This document shows, in pieces, positions 30,017 to 39,107 of a stretch of 53,369 nucleotides of DNA; the stretch's first letter is position 1; the number at the start of each line of letters is the position of its first letter. The position numbers were made by a program, and so were the translations under genes. Under the pieces are notes generated by a model. That model saw nothing but the letters and a program-made list of their open reading frames with translations, was not told the origin of the DNA and did not search any database. The stretch comes from an uncultured bacterium. Its GTDB lineage: Bacteria; CAYUVA01. The DNA lies in NCBI GenBank assembly GCA_964448115.1, contig CAYUVA010000033.1, positions 1 to 53,369 on the forward strand, read 5' to 3'.

Positions 30017-30230
30017 CCCCCCCTTAATCCCCCCGTGAACGGGGGGAATAATTCTTAGAATTTCGTCATCGCTTGNNNNNNNNNNNNNNNNNNNNNNNNN
30101 NNNNNNNNNNNNNNNNNNNNNNNNNNNNNNNNNNNNNNNNNNNNNNNNNNNNNNNNNNNNNNNNNNNNNNNNNNNGAATTTCGTCATCGCTTGAGTTGTC
30201 CCTCAATCACACCGTGAACGGGGGGAATAA
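30017..30230. repeat. REP-like hairpin repeats on both sides of the assembly gap
   Basis: ccccccgtgaacggggggaataa (30029-30051) and a degenerate copy caccgtgaacggggggaataa (~30210-30230). gaatttcgtcatcgcttg occurs at 30058-30075 and 30176-30193. Confidence 0.7.
30076..30175. other. Assembly gap (100 N)
   Basis: Run of N. Confidence 1.
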
Positions 30231-30245
30231 CAGTGGAGCTTCTAT

Positions 30246-30276
30246 TGACTCAGCTCTGCCATGAAGCGGGTCTTGT
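30246..30276. repeat. att-like direct repeat, left copy (displaced pilT 3' end)
   Basis: tgactcagctctgccatgaagcgggtcttgt is identical to 36943-36973. On the minus strand this copy reads KTRFMAELSQ*. Confidence 0.9.
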
Positions 30277-30419
30277 TTTTATCTTCCTTAACATTTACCC
30301 TATATATATAGGGATGCATTAGGTTTCGGCTTGAAATGCTTTGATTGGCTCGCTCCCAATCATAATACATCCAAAATAGGCTAGGATATTAACGGCTGAC
30401 CTAAAAAAGGACGCATCGC

Positions 30420-33400
30420 TCACACTCGATTATCATTCTCGTTATATACTAAAGAATACAGTACAGGGAGAACAAACAATGTAAGCATCAACGCACTTGT
30501 CAGTCCCCCAAGAACCACGATAGCCAGCGGACGTTGGATCTCAGCCCCTATCCCGTTGCTATAAACCATAGGCATCAAGCCAAAGAGGGTGGTCATTGTG
30601 GTCATTACAAGTGGTCTTAGGCGCACGCGGCAAGCGGTTATTATTGCATCACTAGTGGTTGCCCCCTGCTTTTTCGACTGGTCTATAAATGTAATCAGCA
30701 CCATCCCATTAGCGACTGCCATGCCTAGTAATGCTATGAACCCAATAACTGCCGAGACACTCAAGTTCACCTTTAGAATCATTATGGCAAAGATTCCCCC
30801 AACCAGGGCAAAGGGTAGATTTGTCAGCACTAATAGTGCGCTTCTCAATGACCCCAGCCCGGAGTAAAGCATCAGAAATATCAGAAATATACACAAGGGA
30901 ACTATTATACTCAGCCTCCTCATTGCACGTTTTTGGTTCTCGAACTGTCCTCCAAAATCAATGAAGTAATTAAAGGGCAATTCTTTCTCTACCCCTGCCA
31001 GCTTGTCTTTGAGCTCACTGATGAAGCTGTCTATGTCCCTATCCACGACATTGCACTCCACTACAACTCTCCTTAAGTTGTTTTCTCTGCTTATTTGCGC
31101 GGCAGTCTCCACCTTCGCAACCTCGACCAGGGATTCTAATGGGACAGTGTAGCCCATGGGACTCGGCACCAGTATCCCTTTTATGGCTTGCACATCGGTT
31201 CTCGCATGTTCTGGATATCGAAGCTGGATGCCGAAACGACGCTCTTTCTCCACCACAGTGGTAGCTACCTTGCCCCCTATGGCGATCTCCACAATATCAT
31301 TAATATCCTCAACATTTATCTTATGCCTGGCGATCCTTTCTCTATTGATGATCAGTTCGATCTGTTCCAGACCCGAAATCTGCTCCACCTTGACATCCAC
31401 AGCGCCGCTGGTTTCGATTAGTACGCTTGCTATCTCATCAGCGATCTCCTTGATTTTAACAAGATCATCACCGAAGATCTTGATAGCCACATCTGACTTT
31501 ATCCCGGAGATAAGCTCATTAACTCGCAGCGCTATAGGCTGCGAAAAAGATGGTCTTATACCCGGTATCATGCTCAGTTCCTCTCGAATATCCTCGATGA
31601 GATCAGCCTTTTTCCTTCCTGGTTTCCACTTGTCATAAGGTTTAAGGATAATTATCATGTCATTTTGCTCTGGACCCATCGGGTCTTCGGAGATTTCTGC
31701 TCGACCGGTTTTTGTAACGATTGTTTCAATTTCTTCGTACTTAAGTAGCCTTTTTTCAATGAAGGTCCCTACTTCTTTCGCTCCCTCAAGCGAGGCGGTA
31801 GGGAAGCGCACTATATTTATAGCGATCGCGCCCTCATCTAGCTCGGGCAGAAACTCCATCCCCAGCCATGGAAGCATTGATACAGCTGACAGCAGCAAAA
31901 CAACAGTTGCAGCTATAACCAGCCATCTGAACCTGAGTGCCAGTTTGAGCAGGGGGTGGTAGATGAGGTCAAGATACCTTACTATCGGATTCGCAACTCT
32001 TGGTCGCTTAAATGGCAAAAGTATCCAGCCTATTACAGGAGCTGCGACAAGAGACACAAAAAGGGAACCAAACATGGCGAAACAAAGAGTTAAAGCGAGC
32101 GGTTTGAACATCTTGCCCTCCATTTGCTCCAGGGAGAACAAGGGGAGGAATACGATAATAATGATTAAAATGGAGAAGATGACCGGTCGCGCCACCTGTG
32201 CAACTGCCTCTGTAAGAATTATCAGCTTATCCGATTCTGTAGGATCATTTTCTGAAAGATGGCGCACCATATTTTCGATAACGACTATAGAACCATCTAC
32301 GATAATACCGATAGCTATGGCGATCCCCCCCAGAGACATTAGGTTTGCCGTAACCTCTGAATAATCCATAAAGATAAAAGCGATCAGAGCTGATATGGGC
32401 AATGAAATGGATACGATAAGCGCAGCCCTTAAATTCCAAAGGAAAAGAAACAAGATGATTATAACTAGTAATCCACCCTGCATCAGAGCGTTGGTTATTG
32501 TATTCACGCATCCCTGTATCAGTAAGGTGCGGTCGTAGAAGGTGTTTATCTTTACCCCTTCAGGAAGGCTTTTTTCGATCTGAGTTATCTTTTCCTTAAC
32601 TCGATTTACCACTGACTTGGAGTTCTCCCCCTTGAGCATGATAACCATCCCGGCTACGGTCTCCCCCATGCCATCTCGCGTAACCGTGCCCCAACGAGTT
32701 ACATGGCCTATCTGGACATCAGCCACATCCGAAAGAAAGACCGGTGTTCCATCCTCAGCCTTAAGCACAATTTTCTCGATATCCTCGATGGAGCCAATCA
32801 ATCCGACACTGCGTATGTTGAACTGCTCCCAACCTTGAACGATAAAGCGACCTCCAGCATTGGCATTATTGGCTCGAATCGCCTCGAAGATTTCCTTTAA
32901 TGTTATCCTATATTTTATTAGCATCTCCGGTTTTGCTAAGACATTAAACTGCTTGACCATTCCGCCGAAGCTGTTGACCTCATTAACTCCCGGTATTGCC
33001 CGTAACTGGGGGGCAATCACCCAGTCCTGAATGGTGCGCAGCTCTGTAGGAGAGTGGCGATCGCTGCTCAATGTATATTGATATATCTCACCAAGCCCTG
33101 TGCTTATAGGTCCCAACTTAGGCTCCACGCCTTCGGGGAGGTTTTCCTTGGCGAGCTGCAATCGCTCAAAGACCAACTGGCGTGTGAAGTAGGTATCATA
33201 ATTATCCCCAAAGATTACCACCACCTGTGATAGACCAGTTTTGGACAGAGACCTCACCTGAACTACCCCAGGTAAGCCACTCATCTCCACCTCTATGGGG
33301 AAGGTAATCTGCTGCTCAACATCGACCGGCGTAAAGCCGGGAACCTCGGTTAGTATCATCACCTGAATGTTGGTCACATCCGGAAAGGCGTCTATTGGAA

Positions 33401-33497
33401 GCCTCGAATAAGACCTTATGCCCAGGATGATTATAGCGATAATGAAAAAAACGATCAGATTTCTTTGCCTGAAAATATTTCTAATCAATCCAGTCAT
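30420..33497 (-). CDS. czcA: CzcA/CusA family heavy-metal efflux RND permease
   Basis: LPIDAFPDVTN.QV, GLGEIYQY, ANLMSLGG.AIAIG..VDG, EGKMFKPLA, RLRP..MT and GAEIQRPLA motifs. Confidence 0.95.
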   Translation of the reverse strand: MTGLIRNIFRQRNLIVFFIIAIIILGIRSYSRLPIDAFPDVTNIQVMILTEVPGFTPVDVEQQITFPIEVEMSGLPGVVQVRSLSKTGLSQVVVIFGDNYDTYFTRQLVFERLQLAKENLPEGVEPKLGPISTGLGEIYQYTLSSDRHSPTELRTIQDWVIAPQLRAIPGVNEVNSFGGMVKQFNVLAKPEMLIKYRITLKEIFEAIRANNANAGGRFIVQGWEQFNIRSVGLIGSIEDIEKIVLKAEDGTPVFLSDVADVQIGHVTRWGTVTRDGMGETVAGMVIMLKGENSKSVVNRVKEKITQIEKSLPEGVKINTFYDRTLLIQGCVNTITNALMQGGLLVIIILFLFLWNLRAALIVSISLPISALIAFIFMDYSEVTANLMSLGGIAIAIGIIVDGSIVVIENMVRHLSENDPTESDKLIILTEAVAQVARPVIFSILIIIIVFLPLFSLEQMEGKMFKPLALTLCFAMFGSLFVSLVAAPVIGWILLPFKRPRVANPIVRYLDLIYHPLLKLALRFRWLVIAATVVLLLSAVSMLPWLGMEFLPELDEGAIAINIVRFPTASLEGAKEVGTFIEKRLLKYEEIETIVTKTGRAEISEDPMGPEQNDMIIILKPYDKWKPGRKKADLIEDIREELSMIPGIRPSFSQPIALRVNELISGIKSDVAIKIFGDDLVKIKEIADEIASVLIETSGAVDVKVEQISGLEQIELIINRERIARHKINVEDINDIVEIAIGGKVATTVVEKERRFGIQLRYPEHARTDVQAIKGILVPSPMGYTVPLESLVEVAKVETAAQISRENNLRRVVVECNVVDRDIDSFISELKDKLAGVEKELPFNYFIDFGGQFENQKRAMRRLSIIVPLCIFLIFLMLYSGLGSLRSALLVLTNLPFALVGGIFAIMILKVNLSVSAVIGFIALLGMAVANGMVLITFIDQSKKQGATTSDAIITACRVRLRPLVMTTMTTLFGLMPMVYSNGIGAEIQRPLAIVVLGGLTSALMLTLFVLPVLYSLVYNENDNRV

Positions 33498-33521
33498 GTT
33501 AACATTACCTTTACGCTATTA

Positions 33522-34880
33522 TCATTCCGCACAACCAGCCCCCATCTTAGTCCGCAGAACATCCGATTTTAAGATAAAAGCTCCAGCGGTTACGACCTGT
33601 TCACCAATCGCAACCCCATCGAGAATCTCAACCCCAGAGTCAAATATCTGCCCGACGGTTACCCTTCTCCTTATGAACAGGTTATCTTTTAACTGCTTAA
33701 AGACAAAGGATGCGCCCTCATCGCTCAGTACCGCCTCGGTTGGCACCAATAACGACTTATCATGTGTAGGCAAAGGGATGGTTATATGACAGAACATCCC
33801 TGGGCGCAGCAGTCCTTCATGGTTCTTGACCGTTATCCTCACCCTTATAGTGCGAGTGCTCTCCTGCATAATATTGCCTATATAATCGACCTTCCCATCG
33901 AACCTATGCTCCGAATAGGCATCTACACTCAGCCAGGCGCGTATCGAACTGTTACTCGATGCTCTTAACAAACTCAATAGATAAGGCTCATAGACATCTG
34001 CCCATACCCACAACGAGTTTAGATCGGAGACAGATAAAAGCTCGTCTTGATTAGTTATATAGCTGCCAACCGCAACCTGAAGCTCAGTAACATAGCCGCT
34101 TATGGGAGCTTTGACTGAAGTCGATCCTATATCGAACGAGCCAGGATTGGATAGCTTCTCGATATCACCATTGCTCAGACCTAATAAACATAGCTTTCGT
34201 TTCATAGCTTCCAAAGTTATCACGTTGCTTTTGTATTCAGTCTTTGCCTGAAGCATTTCTTTCTCGGAGCTTATCTTCTGGTCATATAACACTTTCTCTC
34301 GTTCATAACTTTGCCGGCTTAGCTCCATTATAGCTTTTGCCTTCAGGTAGTCGGCTGTGGCTTCGCCGAGTTCTATGCTATCGATGGTTAAAAGCGGATC
34401 CCCTTTCTCTACCTTTGTTCCATAATCGACAATGACTTCTCTCACTACCCCGCTAATGCGGGATGATACTTGAACGGTCCTCGATCTGTTTAATTTGATC
34501 TCACCAGTTGTTTTCAGGTTTATGCTTGGCTTCTTAAGCCCTACTTTGGAGATCTTCACCAATCCGTCAGAGCCATCTGCACCTAGGAGGCTTGGATCAA
34601 TGTTTACCGCTCCCACCTCGAATCGACAATGACCACAATCAATTGACTTGATATTATGCTCGCATTCGAGGTCTAAGATCTCGTCTATGCTCATATCCAG
34701 AGTGTTTAGGTCTCCATGATATTCGTGGTCATGACCATTCTCATCGTGTTCATGGACTGATTCTAATTCTGGCTCCCGCTTTTCTTGCTCATTTTGCGAA
34801 TAATTAGCATTAATGAACAAGAAAACTGTTAGAAAAACCATTATCAACAATATAAATTTACTGATAGCTTTTCTCATCAT
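33522..34880 (-). CDS. czcB: CzcB-type RND periplasmic adaptor with His/Cys-rich N-terminal region
   Basis: 'SRISG.V', 'V.KGD.L', 'APISG.V', 'TRT..VR', 'LRPGMF'. Start MMRK after GGAGG. Confidence 0.9.
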   Translation of the reverse strand: MMRKAISKFILLIMVFLTVFLFINANYSQNEQEKREPELESVHEHDENGHDHEYHGDLNTLDMSIDEILDLECEHNIKSIDCGHCRFEVGAVNIDPSLLGADGSDGLVKISKVGLKKPSINLKTTGEIKLNRSRTVQVSSRISGVVREVIVDYGTKVEKGDPLLTIDSIELGEATADYLKAKAIMELSRQSYEREKVLYDQKISSEKEMLQAKTEYKSNVITLEAMKRKLCLLGLSNGDIEKLSNPGSFDIGSTSVKAPISGYVTELQVAVGSYITNQDELLSVSDLNSLWVWADVYEPYLLSLLRASSNSSIRAWLSVDAYSEHRFDGKVDYIGNIMQESTRTIRVRITVKNHEGLLRPGMFCHITIPLPTHDKSLLVPTEAVLSDEGASFVFKQLKDNLFIRRRVTVGQIFDSGVEILDGVAIGEQVVTAGAFILKSDVLRTKMGAGCAE

Positions 34881-36180
34881 TTCCTCCTGGCAATTTGTTT
34901 TCCTTATTTTTGTTTTCACCAAGCGAATAAGCACCGGTTAGGCGATCAATGCTGCTCTTTATTAGATGATATTCTTTTAATGCTTGTAGATACTGGCTTC
35001 GTGTCTCAAAAAATGTTCTCTGTGCGTCGAGAACATCGAGATACTCGAACTTGCCCTCTTCATATCCCTCCTGAGCTGAAATGAAGGCTTTTTCAGCACT
35101 AGGCAGGATGCTCTCCTTTAAGGTAATAATCTCATCCAGAGCAGTCTGAAGCGATTGATATTGCTGGTTTAATTCGGTACTTATCCTGGTTTCAACCATC
35201 CGCTGTTCAGCATGAGCTTTTGACCAATCGTATCTAGCTGCTGCGATGTTGCCCTGATTTCTGTCCAAGATAGGAATGGGGAGAGAGACCCGGATGATAG
35301 AGGTTACCTCATCGCTTTCATTGAAATAGTTGCCCCCCACGCCGATAGCGAGGTTCGGGTACCGCTGTGCCTTCATCAGCTCCAGGTTTGCCTCTTTAAG
35401 CACCATGTTTGTAAAGGGTCGGATGGCATCCGGATTATTGGTAAGAGCTTTGGCTAACTCTTTCAATGGAGGTGCTAGGTTTATATCTTGCAGATCCCAT
35501 AGCACCTTTTGGAAGTTCGGCTTTTCATTACCCCAATTTGATGACAGCTTGATCCTGCTCGCATTGAGCGAACCTTGAGCCTTTTTTAGCTCCAGCTTGC
35601 TTTGCTCAAATGCTGTCTCTGCTTTTATTTGCTCCAGATAGGATACAGCCCCAGCTTCCACCTTGTCTTTGACAGCCTGATACATCTGTTCGTTCAATTG
35701 AGCTAGCTCTTCAGTTAATACAACCATATCCTGCCAGAATGCCACCTGGATGAGTGCAGCAGTGGTCTCAGCGAGTATGTCTTGCTTCAACGATTCGAGC
35801 TCTAGGAGGGTGATTTTTTTCAAAGACTCTGCGATCTGGATACGCTTGTTTCGCTTTTTACCTAGTTGAATTTCTTGACTAAGCATGATGGTATTTTCAG
35901 CAGCCTTGTAACCACTAGCGAACTTTGCAATCTCCAACTCTAGCTCAGGATTTGGCAACAGACCTGCCTGCCGGACATTTTCGTTATCAATGCTTATTTG
36001 TTTTCTGTACGCGATGAGACTCGGACTGTGTTCCAGGGCTAGTTTCCATGCCGCTTCGATGGTCAAGAGATCGACCGGCTCGATATTTTCAGCATAAACA
36101 GCAGTGGTTACTAATGATAAGAACAATATCGCCCATAATTCGATGATAATAATCGCCTTGTTTATCAGATTCATTTTCAT
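34858..36180 (-). CDS. czcC: CzcC/TolC family outer membrane efflux protein
   Basis: 'AGLLPNPEL', 'GKKR..R', 'LPIPILDRNQGNI', 'YLDVLDAQRT'. Confidence 0.9.
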   Translation of the reverse strand: MKMNLINKAIIIIELWAILFLSLVTTAVYAENIEPVDLLTIEAAWKLALEHSPSLIAYRKQISIDNENVRQAGLLPNPELELEIAKFASGYKAAENTIMLSQEIQLGKKRNKRIQIAESLKKITLLELESLKQDILAETTAALIQVAFWQDMVVLTEELAQLNEQMYQAVKDKVEAGAVSYLEQIKAETAFEQSKLELKKAQGSLNASRIKLSSNWGNEKPNFQKVLWDLQDINLAPPLKELAKALTNNPDAIRPFTNMVLKEANLELMKAQRYPNLAIGVGGNYFNESDEVTSIIRVSLPIPILDRNQGNIAAARYDWSKAHAEQRMVETRISTELNQQYQSLQTALDEIITLKESILPSAEKAFISAQEGYEEGKFEYLDVLDAQRTFFETRSQYLQALKEYHLIKSSIDRLTGAYSLGENKNKENKLPGGNDEKSYQ

Positions 36181-36303
36181 TACCTAAAAAGCTCCTACAG
36201 TTTTTCACTTTTTATTGTGTTTATTGGGGAATTTTATGATTGTATAGCCTTATTCAGAGTGTGGTGATGAAAAACGAGTGAAAAATATTATATCTGGGAT
36301 TGC

Positions 36304-36729
36304 TCAGATCAGAAGAACGGTTGTGTAAATCAATTTCAGAGTAGATGAACCATTAAACTGCCCTGTAACATGAGATGCCCATTCCATACCTTGGATAGGA
36401 TCCGATCTGCTGGTGAATCCCATACTTATGGCTTGGTTGAGTACAAGTTGAACCTGTTGGGTAGGTAAATAATGATCTTTGATAGGGATATTGATGCAAT
36501 CTCCACATAAATCATCTTGCGAAGCATTGATTTCATCAATACACCCTAGATCCATATGTGTCGCCAGGCAATACTTGTGATTTACGCTGTATTCGACCTT
36601 GATCTGTCGGTCAGCATCTTGGCAGATAACCATAGCAACATCGCCCCTGAAGCAACTGTACAGCAACAATAATACAATGCCTGTAACTACTGGTTTTAAT
36701 CTAATAACTGTTTTAGATAATTGTTTCAT
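36304..36729 (-). CDS. Small Cys/His-containing exported protein upstream of czcC (CzcI-like position)
   Basis: N-terminal hydrophobic segment, 'VIC...VE', 'CGDCINIP', C-terminal 'TTVLLI'. Confidence 0.55.
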   Translation of the reverse strand: MKQLSKTVIRLKPVVTGIVLLLLYSCFRGDVAMVICQDADRQIKVEYSVNHKYCLATHMDLGCIDEINASQDDLCGDCINIPIKDHYLPTQQVQLVLNQAISMGFTSRSDPIQGMEWASHVTGQFNGSSTLKLIYTTVLLI

Positions 36730-36938
36730 TACCTTTAGAATAATATCATCAATATGTTGAACATTCTTGTATCGTAATTTATTCCCTTACAAAAGGCGCT
36801 CATAATATGATCAATAAAAATTCAGGTCTTGAGCCATTGCTGTTCACTTAAGGCTCTTGCCGAAATCATCCCAAAAAAGCAATTTCAAACTGAAGGTTTG
36901 GGCTAATGTGTAGGAAAGTCTTTTGGTTGAACCAGATC

Positions 36939-38006
36939 TCACTGACTCAGCTCTGCCATGAAGCGGGTCTTGTCAATTGCTTTCTTTCGGGCTTCCTCGA
37001 CGGTTACCTTTCCTTTTTCTACCAGGCGCCTTAGATACTGATCCATGCTGATCATGCCGGTGGTCTCATAGTCGGTCGATTGGATCAGTGAATTTATCTG
37101 ATAGGACTTTGCCTCGCGAATGAGGTTAGCCAAGGCAAATGACCCCTTTAGTATCTCCACTGCCGCCACCCTTCCCTTGCCATCAGCAGTCTTGAGCAAC
37201 TGCTGTGCCACCACCCCCTGAAGGCTCATCGAAAGCATGACCCGCATCTGCTCCTGGCGATCCGAGGGGAATACATCGATCAATCTGTCTATGGTCTTTG
37301 CTGCCGAGTTTGTATGTAAAGTGCCGAACACCAACGCCCCGGTCTCGGCGCAAGTTACTGCCAGGCTAATGGTCTCCAGGTCTCGCATCTCGCCGACCAG
37401 GATCACATCGGCAGCCTCTCTAAGTGCGCTCTTAAGCGCCGCGGCAAAGGTGTGCGTATGTGTCCCCAGCTCCCTCATGGAGATGAACGATTTCTTGGGA
37501 TTATGTACGAATTCTATGGGATCCTCGATGGTAACTACATGCTTCGAGTAGTTGTTGTTGATTATGTCTATAATGGCAGCCAGGGTGGTTGATTTCCCGC
37601 TACCAGTCGGTCCTGTAACCAGCACCAATCCCCGCTCAAGGTGCGCAAAGTACTCCAGAGCAAGGGGAAGATCAAGCTCCTCAAGCGTATGGATGCGCTC
37701 CGGGATTAGTCGGAAGGCTCCAGCAACCCCGTTGCGATCATAGTAGAGATTGACCCTGAACCTGCCGACTCCAGGAATATGATAGGCGAAATCGACATCG
37801 TGGTGTTCAAGATAATACTGTCTCAGGCGATCCGAAGGGATGATCTCATCGAACAGCTTCCAGGCATCGGCATCGGAGATGGTGCGGAACTTGATCGGCA
37901 CCAGGTCCCCGTTCACGCGCAAAATGGGAGAGGCGTTGGAGACCAGATGCAGGTCAGAGGCACCCTGCTCGACCACGATCTTCAGGAATGCATCAATCTT
38001 CGGCAT
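36939..38006 (-). CDS. pilT: Type IV pilus retraction ATPase PilT
   Basis: ASDLHL, GPTGSGKSTT, TIEDPIE, ILVGEMRD, GTLHT and ALANLIRE motifs. Confidence 0.93.
   Translation of the reverse strand: MPKIDAFLKIVVEQGASDLHLVSNASPILRVNGDLVPIKFRTISDADAWKLFDEIIPSDRLRQYYLEHHDVDFAYHIPGVGRFRVNLYYDRNGVAGAFRLIPERIHTLEELDLPLALEYFAHLERGLVLVTGPTGSGKSTTLAAIIDIINNNYSKHVVTIEDPIEFVHNPKKSFISMRELGTHTHTFAAALKSALREAADVILVGEMRDLETISLAVTCAETGALVFGTLHTNSAAKTIDRLIDVFPSDRQEQMRVMLSMSLQGVVAQQLLKTADGKGRVAAVEILKGSFALANLIREAKSYQINSLIQSTDYETTGMISMDQYLRRLVEKGKVTVEEARKKAIDKTRFMAELSQ
36943..36973. repeat. att-like direct repeat, right copy (current 3' end of pilT)
   Basis: Identical to 30246-30276. Confidence 0.9.
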
Positions 38007-39087
38007 CGGGCTGCGCCATCGCTTTTAGGAAGTCATCATCTATCAAGTGCTCGAACTTGGTCTTATCATGAGCCTTTTTGAACGCCTCATCGCCGGTAAT
38101 GATACCTTCGTTGTGAAGACGAAGTAGCTCTTCATCCATGATCTGCATCCCCAATCCCTTGCTGGTGGACATGATGCTTTGGATCATGTAAATCTTGTTG
38201 TCCCTGATTAGCTTGGGTAACGATGTTGTTGATACCAGGATCTCCATCACCGCCTTGAGCTTCCCCTTGACCGTTTTGACCAACTGTTGCGAGATAACCC
38301 CCTTTAGCGACTCACTGAGCATGGTGCGGATCTGCGCCTGTTGAGAAGCGGGAAAGGCGTCTATGATGCGGGTGATCGTCTTGGCGGCATCGGTCGTGTG
38401 CAGGGTCCCCAGCACCAGGTGCCCGGTCTCGGCAGCGGTGATGGCCATCTGGATTGTCTCTAGGTCCCTAAGCTCGCCGACCAGGATGATATCAGGATCC
38501 TCGCGCAGTGCAAAACGAAGCGCCGCTGCGAAGGTATCGGTATGCAAGCCGACCTGCCTCTGGTTGATAAGGCATTTTTTGTTAGTGTGGATGAACTCGA
38601 TCGGATCCTCGATGGTGATGATATGATCTCGCCGATTATTATTGCACTCGTCAATTATAGCAGCCAGGGTTGTCGTCTTGCCGCAACTGGCTGGCCCGGT
38701 TACCAATATCAATCCCTGGTTAAGGTAGGCGAACTTGCGAACTACCGGTGGCAACTCAAGCTCCTCAACGCTCGGTATCTTGGCTGGAATGCGCCGAAAA
38801 ACCCCGCTTGCGCCATGTCTCTGCCGAAACAGGTTCACCCTGAAACGCGCAAGACCCTCCACCTCGTAAGCGAGATCGAGATCATTCTTTTTTTCCAGTA
38901 TCTCTCGCTGCTTGTCGTTGAGCACCTCGGATATGAGCGCCCAGGCATCGGCATCGCTCAGGGTATGGTACTTTAAACGTATAAGCTCCTGCTGATGCCT
39001 GAAGATAGGGGGCGAGCCGGCGTGGATGTGCAGATCCGAAGCGCCCTGCTCAACCAATAATTTCAAGAATGTATCTATCTTAGCCAT
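37993..39087 (-). CDS. pilT: PilT/PilU family ATPase (second paralog)
   Basis: ASDLHI, GPASCGKTTT, IEDPIE, LREDPDIILVGELRD and GTLHT motifs. Confidence 0.9.
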   Translation of the reverse strand: MAKIDTFLKLLVEQGASDLHIHAGSPPIFRHQQELIRLKYHTLSDADAWALISEVLNDKQREILEKKNDLDLAYEVEGLARFRVNLFRQRHGASGVFRRIPAKIPSVEELELPPVVRKFAYLNQGLILVTGPASCGKTTTLAAIIDECNNNRRDHIITIEDPIEFIHTNKKCLINQRQVGLHTDTFAAALRFALREDPDIILVGELRDLETIQMAITAAETGHLVLGTLHTTDAAKTITRIIDAFPASQQAQIRTMLSESLKGVISQQLVKTVKGKLKAVMEILVSTTSLPKLIRDNKIYMIQSIMSTSKGLGMQIMDEELLRLHNEGIITGDEAFKKAHDKTKFEHLIDDDFLKAMAQPDAED

Positions 39088-39107
39088 CTATTGTAATGAT
39101 TAGATAG

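Larger units (their letters stand above)
30246..36973. mobile_element. Genomic island (~6.7 kb) carrying czcCBA-type efflux, integrated at the 3' end of pilT; no integrase inside
   Basis: Flanked by a perfect 31 bp direct repeat that corresponds to the last codons of pilT. The cargo looks more AT-rich than the flanks. Confidence 0.75.

Noticed and set aside
29969-30264. ORFs spanning the N run
   Set aside because: Artefacts of the assembly gap.
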